In this document: piece by piece, positions 28,038 through 36,967 of the stretch
Position numbering within the stretch: the stretch's first letter is position 1
Layout of the letters: each line of letters starts with the position of its first letter
The notes under the pieces: model-generated
Seen by the model: only the letters and a program-made list of their open reading frames with translations
The model's database searches: none
What the model was told of the DNA's origin: nothing
NCBI GenBank assembly: GCA_900315885.1
Contig: ONAT01000002.1
Coordinates: 28,776 to 92,775 of the forward strand
Length of the DNA: 64,000 nt
Origin: an uncultured Erysipelotrichaceae bacterium
Lineage (GTDB): Bacteria; Bacillota_I; Bacilli_A; RFN20; CAG-826
Direction: 5' to 3'
Position numbers and translations under genes: made by a program

Positions 28038-29633
28038 TTACTCCACCTCCATTACATAAGCTTGATATGGTTCGATTACTTTGTAATCGTGAAAGTTGTT
28101 ATAATTATTATACAATACTCTTTTAACATTAGGCAAATTATTAAGGGTAATGACATTATTTGTACAATTACAAATAATTAATAAATTGCCTCGTTTATAA
28201 GAAATAATCCTCTCATCTAACATAATTTCTTCATAATAGCTTTGGGTAATTTGTGTTAAACTCTTACGAAGTTTTATGATTTTTTTATATTCATTAAGAA
28301 GAGATCTTTCTTCTTGCTCTTCTTTTTTAACATTTATTGTCTTGTAATTTGGATTAATGTGAAACCAAGGTTTAGAAGAAGAAAAGCCAGCGTATTCACT
28401 ATCATCCCATTGCATAATGGTACGTGCATTATCGCGGCTTGTATCTTTTACAGCGTTAACAAATTCTTCTTCACTTAAAGTGGTATTTAATTTATAAGTT
28501 GTACGAATTCTTACATCATCAAAGTCTGAAACTTTTTTAAATGGGTAATTAGTCATACCGATTTCTTCGCCGTTATAAATAAAGGGTGTTCCTTTTAACA
28601 TATACATTAAAACCGCTAACATAGAGCCGGATTCAATAAAATAATCCATATCACCATATAAACTCATCGCGCGTTCAATATCGTGATTAGTTAAATATAA
28701 GCCCATCCAGCCTTTTTCATTTAATTCGTTTTGATATGCACTTATCAAGTTTCGCATAGCTTTAACATCCATCTTATTGCTAGACATATTATGTAAATCT
28801 ACTTTTGCACAATTAGTAAAACCAAAAGTATAAACCATATCTAATTCATCATTACAATAATCTAGGGCTTGTTTGATTGTTGGATTTCCTCCAATCTCAC
28901 CAATAGTCATAATGTTATAATGCGAAAAAATTTCTCGTTTAAATTCTTTTAAAATATTATGAACTTCTTTCAAGTTACTAAATAAGGAATAATCATAAAC
29001 TAAATCTTTATTAATTGGAGTGGTATTTTCTAATTTCTTTTTGCATAGGTGTGAAATTGCATCTAATCTGAAGCCATCAATACCTAAAGCAAGATAATAC
29101 TTGATTATTTTCTTTACTTCTTTTTTAAGATTAATGCTCTTCCAGTTTAAATCTGGCATTTTATCAGAGAAGATATGTAAAAAATATTCTTTGCGTTCTT
29201 CGTTATATGAAAACGCACTGCCTCCAAAAAAACTACCCCAATTATATTTTTCTTTACTCCAAATATAAAAATCGTCATAATATGGGTCTTTTGCACATGA
29301 TTTTTTAAACCATTCATGCTCAATTGAAGTGTGATTTAAGACTAAATCAAAAATAATCTTTAATCCTAAGTTATGAGCCTTAGTTATCATTTCTTTAACA
29401 TCTTCCATTGTGCCATAATCAGGATTTATTTTGTAATAGTCACGAATATCATATCCGTTATCGTCCATCGGAGAATCAAATATTGGACAAATCCATATTA
29501 AATCAATTCCTAAATCTTTTAGATAATCTAATTTTGAAGTAATGCCTTTTATGGTTCCCACGCTTGAATCAATACTTTTAAAACTTTTAGGATATATTTG
29601 ATAACCAATCGCACTTTTATACCACATTGTCAT
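28038..29633 (-). CDS. GH13 alpha-glucosidase / oligo-1,6-glucosidase-type glycoside hydrolase.
   Basis: YQIYPKSF, DLIWICPIFDSPMDDNGYDIRDY, catalytic region GIDGFRLDAISHL, HDIERAMSLYGD; length 531 aa. Confidence 0.85.
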   Translation of the reverse strand: MTMWYKSAIGYQIYPKSFKSIDSSVGTIKGITSKLDYLKDLGIDLIWICPIFDSPMDDNGYDIRDYYKINPDYGTMEDVKEMITKAHNLGLKIIFDLVLNHTSIEHEWFKKSCAKDPYYDDFYIWSKEKYNWGSFFGGSAFSYNEERKEYFLHIFSDKMPDLNWKSINLKKEVKKIIKYYLALGIDGFRLDAISHLCKKKLENTTPINKDLVYDYSLFSNLKEVHNILKEFKREIFSHYNIMTIGEIGGNPTIKQALDYCNDELDMVYTFGFTNCAKVDLHNMSSNKMDVKAMRNLISAYQNELNEKGWMGLYLTNHDIERAMSLYGDMDYFIESGSMLAVLMYMLKGTPFIYNGEEIGMTNYPFKKVSDFDDVRIRTTYKLNTTLSEEEFVNAVKDTSRDNARTIMQWDDSEYAGFSSSKPWFHINPNYKTINVKKEEQEERSLLNEYKKIIKLRKSLTQITQSYYEEIMLDERIISYKRGNLLIICNCTNNVITLNNLPNVKRVLYNNYNNFHDYKVIEPYQAYVMEVE

Positions 29634-29639
29634 CCACTC

Positions 29640-30563
29640 CTAAATCTCATTATTCATTTCGTTTTCGTTTTGATTTTTGATTAACATTGTCATTGCTTCA
29701 ATGTAATTTTGTAATTTTTTTAATGCCTCAATTTGTATATCGACAATATTGATACTCTCTTTTGCAAATATTGATTTATACATATTGATTTTCCAATCTT
29801 TGATTAAAATAAATAAGTTATCATCAAATAAAACAAGACATAAATTTGTTTTAATAAAATTTTGGAAATCATATAATTCTTTAATTATTTGATAATTTAA
29901 AACGGTATATATTTTGTTATCAAGTGTGGCGTAAAGAGCAAAATTTTTATCATAAAGATAACTATTATTCATCGTTCCTAATCCATATTGTTTTAAATTT
30001 TTTTCGTTATAGGAAAGTTTACCTTTCTTATTGTCATTGCGTAAAATAATCATTTCATTGTAAAGAAAATCTATTTTTGTTTTTATTAACACATCATATT
30101 TATCTTTATCGTGCTTCAATTGAAATAAATCAAAATAAGCTCGACTAGAGGTTTGCGTAAAAGAATACACTTCTTTAAAATCATTAATAAGAATGTAATC
30201 TTTAATGAATTTACGTTCGACATCATTTAGCCCATTAGTGTTTTTGAAAAGTGCTAAACCATCAAGCATTGCTTCATTTTCTAAAAGTGTTTGATGGAAA
30301 ATTTTATATTTCTTATTTAAATGAAAATACATAAGAATAAAAGATATGACACTTAACACAAAGGCTAAAGTTATAAAAATAATAACAGAACTAATATTTG
30401 AGGCACTATCATAAACCCATTTCAAATGTGGATTTAAGAAAGTATAAAAAGCATAAGCAAGCGCGGTCACAAAAAGCATAGCGAAAAGAACGACCAAGAA
30501 TAATTTAAACTTGTTCAAGCGTTTCTTATTCCTTATTTTTTTGCTTGCATAACTTAATTCCAT
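29640..30563 (-). CDS. Membrane protein of unknown function (two N-terminal TM helices plus a ~220 aa soluble domain), sitting where JetD would be.
   Basis: TM helices FKLFLVVLFAMLFVTALAYAF and ISSVIIFITLAFVLSVISFILMYF. Start assigned to the internal Met MELSYASKK with RBS GGGGAGA (track ORF starts at 30590). No recognisable Toprim or other catalytic motif. Confidence 0.4.
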   Translation of the reverse strand: MELSYASKKIRNKKRLNKFKLFLVVLFAMLFVTALAYAFYTFLNPHLKWVYDSASNISSVIIFITLAFVLSVISFILMYFHLNKKYKIFHQTLLENEAMLDGLALFKNTNGLNDVERKFIKDYILINDFKEVYSFTQTSSRAYFDLFQLKHDKDKYDVLIKTKIDFLYNEMIILRNDNKKGKLSYNEKNLKQYGLGTMNNSYLYDKNFALYATLDNKIYTVLNYQIIKELYDFQNFIKTNLCLVLFDDNLFILIKDWKINMYKSIFAKESINIVDIQIEALKKLQNYIEAMTMLIKNQNENEMNNEI

Positions 30564-30614
30564 ATTCTCCCCAATGTTAAATAAGACCAACTAAAAGCGT
30601 TGGTCTATTTAATT

Positions 30615-33600
30615 TTATTTAGCAAAAGATACTTTTTCTTCTTCTGCGTATAATCTTACACGAGATGTGTTCTTATCGTGTAATACTACTAATGTTTCAT
30701 CAACTAATTCAGAAATATCGGCAATCTTATCAGATGGAGCACTGAGAATAGCTTGTAAGCCGAATTTACGTAATAAACGAATTGATTCCGTAATACGACC
30801 TTTATCCATCTTAGAGAAGGCTTCATCAAAGATGATAAGACGTGTGGAATTTCCAAGTTCACCTGGATCATTGACGCGATATAATTGAGCAAAACTTGCT
30901 AAAACTGCAATGTAGAAAGGAGTTTGTGTTTCACCACCACTCTTTTTCTTGATCATTTTAGAAAGACGTTGTTCTTGTCCTTCTTTGTTTGTAACGATTA
31001 AGTCAAAGTCTAAATAGGAACGATAATCTGTAAATTTTTCAACATTTGCAGCTAATTGAGCTGTTTTATCACCATGATCACCGACATCAACGATTTGTCT
31101 AAATAAATCGTTCATAACTTCAGAATATTTTTCAATAAAGGCTGATTCATCTTCGCCAACTTGAAGTAATAAGTCATCTTTAATCATATCGTAGTAACGA
31201 TGATATAGTTGACTTGGCTTACATGTAAAGCGATAGGAGTCGTTACCAAAGCGAGATTGTGATAAAGCATCATTTAAATCTTCAATTTGTGTTTCAACAC
31301 CTTCGATAGCGCTTCTTAATTTAGAGATGAAGTCATCTTTAAATTGCTTTGTTGCCTTATTATAAGCATCGTTAATTGCGATACGATAATGTGGTAATTT
31401 AATATCGCGCAAATCAGATAATTCTTTTTCGTAAGCATCATTATCTTTTTGGTCAGTATCATATGATAAACGATAATCTTTAACATAATCACGACGTAAT
31501 TTCACAACACTATTGAAAATCGTTTGAGCGCGGTATTGCACTTGTGAGTATTTAGCTTGGAAATCAGCAATAATGTCAAGTGGTGACTTACCTTCCACGA
31601 TTAATTGGTTAAATAGTGGCTCTGCTTCTTCGGCGACAACAAAAGCATCATAATTCTCTTTTAAGTGATTTTCTCTTTCAAGAGTTTTATTCTTTGTTTC
31701 AGGTATTTTTTCTTCTTTTAATGTCTTAATTTGCGTATTGAGTTGTCCACGTTCTTCATACAAACTTTGACGTTCATTTTCAAGATTCTTGATATCATCT
31801 TCGACATCTTTAATACGACGATCAAAGCTTTCAATTTGTGTGACATCGTGTTTAGATAACTCATCATCACAATAAGCAATTGTTTGTTTAAGTCCATCGA
31901 CATTTCTTGAAGCTTCAATTAGCGCAAGTGTTGTATTACTTTCATTAGTGTTAATTGATTCTAAGGATGCAGCTTCAGAAATATCTTTATGCACTTCTCT
32001 TAACATAGCAACGAGATGGTTGTTACGGTCAAGTTCTGCACGTTTTAAAGCAATTTGTGCTTCGTTAACACTTCTTCCAATATAAGAAGGTGTGTATAAA
32101 CGAGGGTTGATTTTTCCCATTGCAAAATTACGATAAATATCACAATCAGGAGTAATACCATTCATAGATTCACGAGCTTCTTGAGGATTACGACATTTCA
32201 TCAAACGCCCAATCAAGAAGTTAGTATAACATCTTGCTCCTTCATGGTCCGTTATAATTTCTTCTGCTAAAGAATTCTTCTCACAAGAATAATTTCTTTC
32301 AATAATCTTTTCTTGGTCAACAAGTGTTGTGCCATAGAAATGATTCTTAGCAAGTAAGTCACGTAAGATTTCGTAAGCATCTAAATAATATCTGCCATCA
32401 ACAAATAAATTGAATTTTTGGCTGTGTAAGAAACCTTCGATAGCGTTAATCCATTTTGGTGACTTAATATCAATCAAATCAGCATAAAGAGAAACAGTAA
32501 TTGGTTTACCATATTTCTCAGTTAACCTTCTTTGTAATTCATTTTTAATCATTACAAGGTTACGATCATAAGACTTTGTACCATTTCTTAAATCTGCTTC
32601 TTCCGCACGGAGTTGAGCGGATTGACGGTCAAAGTTTGTAATTGTACGACCTAAAGATACACTCATCGCTGAAACAAGTTTTTTGAACTTATCAAGCGAA
32701 TCACGCCACTCTTTCAAAATCATACTATCTAATGTTTCAATATGTGGTAATTCGTTATCGCGTAAATTTGTGGAAGTACGGACAACTAATTCAGCACATT
32801 CTAATAATTCATTAAATTCATAAGCGCGGTCATCATTTAAAATTGATTTATCAAGAGTTGATAACTTATTAACAATGTTAGAAGCTACGTTAATAAAGTC
32901 ATTCGCGTATTTTGTTAAATTGTTTTTAACAGCCTCCGCATCTTTATTTAAAGCCGCTAATCTTTCAATCGCAGCCTTACGTTGCTCTCTTAATTCATCA
33001 GTAAGTCGATAAGTATCATTACTTGCCTTATCTTGAATGAGACGAGTTTTACGACGATTAAGTTCAGCTATATTAACATCAATATCTGCTAATTCGTTTT
33101 CAATTTCTAACAATCTAGTTTGCGCATTACCAATTGAATCTTCATAAGATTTTAAACGATTCAATTCCATTTGTAATTCGGCTTTTTCGACAACATATCC
33201 ATAAATACTCATATTGTGGAAATTAGTCTTATAAGCTTCATAAGATTTTTCAATTTCTTCTAATCGCTCAACACGAAGTCCCATAATGAGAGCTTCATTT
33301 TCTAAACGTTTATATTGCAAAATGTTTTCTTGCATTGAATCGATAGAAATATTAGCTTGTGAATCACAAATATATTCTGTAATGAAAGTTGTAATATCGG
33401 TAATTGGGGTAAAGGAAACAGCTTTTTTGAAAAGTGAGAAATACTTGTCTTTAATATTTCCAAACTTTTTCTTTAACAATTCTTGATATTGTTTATTTGT
33501 ATCTAAGAACTTAAAGTTTCTTTCACCATAAGTTTCGGCAAAATACTTAGCCAATGTTTTAAAGTCCATTGGAATATTATTTTTAATAAATTCATTTTCT

Positions 33601-34013
33601 GGAATTTTATCTTCTAATAAGAAATAACGATGTTCTTCGCTTCCATCATCATATGAATCAAAGACAATACCTAAAGTAAATGATTTGTCATTTAAGTCAT
33701 CATAGAATTCCATAGCGATATAGGAAGTAAAGCGTCCATCACGTAAATACTTGAAACCACCATCTTCGGAATCACCTAATTCTCCACGAAGGTATCCTTT
33801 TAAAGTACGAGAAGATTTTTCACTCGCTGCTTTATTAAAGAAACGTCCAGAAGTATCGCCTAACAAAACGACTTGCATCGCATCAATAAGTGTTGATTTA
33901 CCAGAAGCATTAAGACCTGTTAAGAAAACAATTGGTTCAATGTTAATTGTTTCGTTCCAAAAATAGTGCCAGTTAATGATTTTAATTTTCTTGAGAGATT
34001 TCATCTGGCTCAC
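30615..34013 (-). CDS. SMC-like ABC ATPase of the MukB/MksB/JetC class (Wadjet JetC-like).
   Basis: N-terminal IKIINWHYFWNETINIEPIVFLTGLNASGKSTLIDAMQVVLLGD (Walker A preceded by the NW..F element typical of MksB/JetC). Long central coiled coil. C-terminal signature SGGETQTPFYIAVLASFAQLY and Walker B LIIFDEAFSKMD. 1132 aa. Confidence 0.75.
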   Translation of the reverse strand: MSQMKSLKKIKIINWHYFWNETINIEPIVFLTGLNASGKSTLIDAMQVVLLGDTSGRFFNKAASEKSSRTLKGYLRGELGDSEDGGFKYLRDGRFTSYIAMEFYDDLNDKSFTLGIVFDSYDDGSEEHRYFLLEDKIPENEFIKNNIPMDFKTLAKYFAETYGERNFKFLDTNKQYQELLKKKFGNIKDKYFSLFKKAVSFTPITDITTFITEYICDSQANISIDSMQENILQYKRLENEALIMGLRVERLEEIEKSYEAYKTNFHNMSIYGYVVEKAELQMELNRLKSYEDSIGNAQTRLLEIENELADIDVNIAELNRRKTRLIQDKASNDTYRLTDELREQRKAAIERLAALNKDAEAVKNNLTKYANDFINVASNIVNKLSTLDKSILNDDRAYEFNELLECAELVVRTSTNLRDNELPHIETLDSMILKEWRDSLDKFKKLVSAMSVSLGRTITNFDRQSAQLRAEEADLRNGTKSYDRNLVMIKNELQRRLTEKYGKPITVSLYADLIDIKSPKWINAIEGFLHSQKFNLFVDGRYYLDAYEILRDLLAKNHFYGTTLVDQEKIIERNYSCEKNSLAEEIITDHEGARCYTNFLIGRLMKCRNPQEARESMNGITPDCDIYRNFAMGKINPRLYTPSYIGRSVNEAQIALKRAELDRNNHLVAMLREVHKDISEAASLESINTNESNTTLALIEASRNVDGLKQTIAYCDDELSKHDVTQIESFDRRIKDVEDDIKNLENERQSLYEERGQLNTQIKTLKEEKIPETKNKTLERENHLKENYDAFVVAEEAEPLFNQLIVEGKSPLDIIADFQAKYSQVQYRAQTIFNSVVKLRRDYVKDYRLSYDTDQKDNDAYEKELSDLRDIKLPHYRIAINDAYNKATKQFKDDFISKLRSAIEGVETQIEDLNDALSQSRFGNDSYRFTCKPSQLYHRYYDMIKDDLLLQVGEDESAFIEKYSEVMNDLFRQIVDVGDHGDKTAQLAANVEKFTDYRSYLDFDLIVTNKEGQEQRLSKMIKKKSGGETQTPFYIAVLASFAQLYRVNDPGELGNSTRLIIFDEAFSKMDKGRITESIRLLRKFGLQAILSAPSDKIADISELVDETLVVLHDKNTSRVRLYAEEEKVSFAK

Positions 34014-34620
34014 CTACTTTCAATTGTTCTAAAGCTTCTGACATTGCTTTAATCTTTTGGTTATCAACCGCAAATAAGATACTTGGTAAAATATAGAATG
34101 CGACGTTACCTTCGTCATAAGATCCACTAACTTTAGCGATAATATTATGATTAGCTAAGAAACGCAGTGACTTAGCGAATAAACGACCACTCATTCTTTT
34201 ACCTGACATCGTAATATTATGGTCAATCATTGTTTTTAATAAAGTTGGAGTAGTGATATAAATCGCTTCACCAGTTTGGCTTGATTCATTTTTCTCAGTT
34301 TCATAAATTAAACGTAAGACAAATAAGATAAGTGATGTTTCTCTTTCCATTCTTAATCTATTTTGCTCGTTAAGATTAATCAAAGCTACAACACCATTAA
34401 GGACATCTTTTTCCATCATCCAATTAGTGTATTTTAAATAGTCATTTATTAAATCAAAGTGGCGTTCAATAAAACGATAATCAGGATTAATACGCATTGC
34501 TTTTTCTTTGTTATCAAATACATCACGTACAATGAAAGATTTTAAAAGCAATGTATTAGTAACACGTGCGAATTCGTTTTGTTCGCCATTTGATAATTTT
34601 TCAAATTCAGTTTCAAACAT
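33982..34620 (-). CDS. JetB/MksE-like protein (DUF4194-like size and position).
   Basis: 212 aa acidic protein; its stop overlaps the SMC-like gene start and its start overlaps the 480 aa gene stop. Assigned by operon position and size only. Confidence 0.45.
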   Translation of the reverse strand: MFETEFEKLSNGEQNEFARVTNTLLLKSFIVRDVFDNKEKAMRINPDYRFIERHFDLINDYLKYTNWMMEKDVLNGVVALINLNEQNRLRMERETSLILFVLRLIYETEKNESSQTGEAIYITTPTLLKTMIDHNITMSGKRMSGRLFAKSLRFLANHNIIAKVSGSYDEGNVAFYILPSILFAVDNQKIKAMSEALEQLKVGEPDEISQEN

Positions 34621-36062
34621 TATTCAGTTTTCTCCTTTCGTTTAAACACAAGTTTTGGTAAAACATAACCTTGAGAAAGGACATGTCCATCGTCGGAATA
34701 ATCTACTTCGTAGAAGCAATCATCATCATTACGATTTAAAGTTGCAAGAATTAAGAGAATAAAGGCATCGTAGTCTGGTAAAGGTATCTCCTCTGCTCTC
34801 ACTTCATCAGCATCACCAAACGCTCTTTCCATAAATTCAAGCACACGCGCACTTGTGAAGACATTACGGGTTTGATCCAAGAAGTTTTGCATAATTAAAT
34901 CGCCAGCTTCTTCAAAGTTATTGACAATTGGTAACGGTTCTCCTATTTCACGATATTGACGGATAATTGGCAGAGTTATTGAATCTGGATCAATATATCC
35001 TTGTTCGTGGAACATGAGAGCATCTTGCATTGAAGTTAAGATATTGCGCAAGTCTTTCGAACCATTTCCCGCCATTGCATCGGCATTCGCTTTTGCGTAA
35101 GCTTTAAATATAGTTTCCAAGTGACCTTTAATTGTCTTATCGTTATTGTTGAAATAAACAATTTTAGAAGCACTAGATTTGGTGTATTCGCTATGACTTG
35201 CATCAATTTGACTAATCATACCATTTAATTGTTCATACATATCTTGTATGTAATTTATCATGTTAATTAAATCCGCTTCTGCTTTTCCATAGTCGCGACT
35301 CTTTCTTAAAATCAAAGATTGCTCAATGAGCATTTTTCTTGTTTTTTCATCACGTAACCACTTTTGTAAAATGGAGGTTATTGGTCTTTTAAAACGAGTG
35401 ACAGAGTCAAATGTTTTCAAAGGGTGATAGAGTCTATCAGAAATACGTACTTTATAATCATCAAAGTGATTAGCAAGAACTTCATTTGTTGTAAACAAGT
35501 TTGATAGGCGATGTTGATAGATTTTAATTTGGTGTCCCAAAGTAACTAACTCAATACGAAGTTTTTTCGTATTTTCATAAGCTCTCAATAAAGTCACATA
35601 CATTAAATCATCTGGGTCATCATCTTCTAATTTCAATTCACTATACGTTGAGTGAACAAGAGAGTTATATGCCGCTTCTGATTCACTATTAATATCTTTT
35701 AAGCACGCAAGCATTTTAATAGAATACGAAGGCAGAATAATATATTCTTCAAACGATTCAGGATCTATTTGTACATCAATCCATCCAGTCTCTTCAAGTC
35801 TACGGAGAATGAATGCAGCACGACTAGGCAAAGTTGGATTTGCAAGAGCGTCATCTTCTGTGCCTTCTTCTGACATATCTAGACTCATAACTAGGTCAGT
35901 GGCATTCTCTTTTAAGATGCGCAAGAAATCTTGCTTTTTAATCGTCATCTCTTCAGTTTCTAGGCTCTTATATAATACTTCTAGAGCCATAGCGTATACT
36001 TCTTTATTTTTACTAGATAGGATTGAGAAAAAGTTGGTAGGAATTATATCAAATAATCGCAT
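34620..36062 (-). CDS. JetA/MksF-like (kleisin-like) protein (DUF3375-like size and position).
   Basis: 480 aa, first gene of the triad, gene order jetA-jetB-jetC as in Wadjet / MksFEB. Assigned by operon position and size only. Confidence 0.45.
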   Translation of the reverse strand: MRLFDIIPTNFFSILSSKNKEVYAMALEVLYKSLETEEMTIKKQDFLRILKENATDLVMSLDMSEEGTEDDALANPTLPSRAAFILRRLEETGWIDVQIDPESFEEYIILPSYSIKMLACLKDINSESEAAYNSLVHSTYSELKLEDDDPDDLMYVTLLRAYENTKKLRIELVTLGHQIKIYQHRLSNLFTTNEVLANHFDDYKVRISDRLYHPLKTFDSVTRFKRPITSILQKWLRDEKTRKMLIEQSLILRKSRDYGKAEADLINMINYIQDMYEQLNGMISQIDASHSEYTKSSASKIVYFNNNDKTIKGHLETIFKAYAKANADAMAGNGSKDLRNILTSMQDALMFHEQGYIDPDSITLPIIRQYREIGEPLPIVNNFEEAGDLIMQNFLDQTRNVFTSARVLEFMERAFGDADEVRAEEIPLPDYDAFILLILATLNRNDDDCFYEVDYSDDGHVLSQGYVLPKLVFKRKEKTE

Positions 36063-36110
36063 TTTTTCTCCTCCTAAAGTTTATATTAAATTTTACCACA
36101 TTTTTAGTCT

Positions 36111-36131
36111 CTTTGTAAATATAATTTACAA
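36111..36131. promoter_or_regulatory. 9-3-9 inverted repeat TTTGTAAAT-ata-ATTTACAAA in the promoter region upstream of the jetA-like gene; candidate operator.
   Basis: Read directly; overlaps a TATAAT-like hexamer; located about 50-70 nt upstream of the 480 aa gene start. Confidence 0.35.
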
Positions 36132-36187
36132 ACAAAAAAATATGAAAAAGTTATATTATTTTAGGCTTTTATGTTATAATCAAAAAG

Positions 36188-36643
36188 GTGATTGCTGTGA
36201 AGATTTATCCAAATATGAAAAAGACTTTAATTTATTTTTCTTTATTGTCGATTGGCTTGTTGTTCTTGTTCTATTTAACATTTGATGGTTCCTTTACTTG
36301 GCCCTTACCTTCTAAAGATTATATTATTTTTGCTGGTTGGCTAGTTATTACTGTTATTTACTTTGTTATAACTTTAAGAGGTGGATATTACGTCTTAGAA
36401 AAAAGTGGTTTAAGACAAAAGCAATTAAATAAAGATTTAATGTATGAATATAAAAGAATTATTTACATTAATGAAGAGTGGTCAAGAAAAAACGGAATGT
36501 TATTATTTGTAACTGATCGCGGAGATGCCAAGTATTTAATTTTAGATAAAAAACAAATTTTACTCGATGAAATGCTTAAAAGATGTTCAAAATTAATGAC
36601 TCGCGAGGAAGTAAGTAACAAATTTCCAAACCTAAAGTTTTAA
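36188..36643 (+). CDS. Small membrane protein (two TM helices), hypothetical.
   Basis: GTG start after AAAAAGG in the ORF track; alternative ATG (MKKTLIYFSLL) at 36215; hydrophobic N-terminus. Confidence 0.4.
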   Translation: MIAVKIYPNMKKTLIYFSLLSIGLLFLFYLTFDGSFTWPLPSKDYIIFAGWLVITVIYFVITLRGGYYVLEKSGLRQKQLNKDLMYEYKRIIYINEEWSRKNGMLLFVTDRGDAKYLILDKKQILLDEMLKRCSKLMTREEVSNKFPNLKF

Positions 36644-36740
36644 ATAATTTTCAAAAGTTAAAAAAAGTAATTGCATAATTAATAAAAAGTATGTTATTAT
36701 ACAAAAGCATTGTAAATGCGTTAAGGGAGGTATGTAAAAA

Positions 36741-36935
36741 ATGTCAAGAGTTTGCCCAGTAACAGGTAAAGCACCTTTAAGCGGTAATAAACGCTCTCAC
36801 TCCTTAAGAGCAACTCCGCGTAGATGGAATGTCAACTTACAACCATATAAGGTCGTCGTTGATGGACGTGTCCAAACAGTTAGAATGTCCGCACGTGCTT
36901 ATAGAACCCTTAATAAATCTACTAAAGAAAACTAA
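36741..36935 (+). CDS. rpmB: 50S ribosomal protein L28.
   Basis: MSRVCPVTGKAPLSGNKRSHSLRATPRRWNVNLQ matches the L28 N-terminus; RBS AAGGGAGG. Confidence 0.9.
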   Translation: MSRVCPVTGKAPLSGNKRSHSLRATPRRWNVNLQPYKVVVDGRVQTVRMSARAYRTLNKSTKEN

Positions 36936-36936
36936 A

Positions 36937-36967
36937 AAAACTACCACGCTGTGGTAGTTTTTTTTAC
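36937..36967. terminator. Bidirectional Rho-independent terminator between rpmB and the convergent membrane-protein gene.
   Basis: A7-ACTACCACGCTGTGGTAGT-T8 hairpin with flanking A and T runs. Confidence 0.65.

Noticed and set aside
29640-30590. Calling the two-TM protein a degenerate JetD
   Set aside because: There are two hydrophobic helices and no demonstrable Toprim E...DxD or DUF2220 features. The idea is kept only as a hypothesis in the findings, not as an annotation.
30667-33966. ORFs 30667..30888 (+), 30704..30892 (-), 31718..31918 (-), 33286..33486 (+) and 33751..33966 (+) within the SMC-like gene
   Set aside because: Nested or antisense short ORFs within a 1132 aa gene that has coherent N- and C-terminal ATPase motifs.
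35809-36285. ORF 35809..36285 (+), 158 aa, overlapping the 5' end of the jetA-like gene and the promoter region
   Set aside because: Antisense to the 480 aa gene and spans the intergenic promoter; no RBS; a more plausible plus-strand gene starts at 36188/36215.
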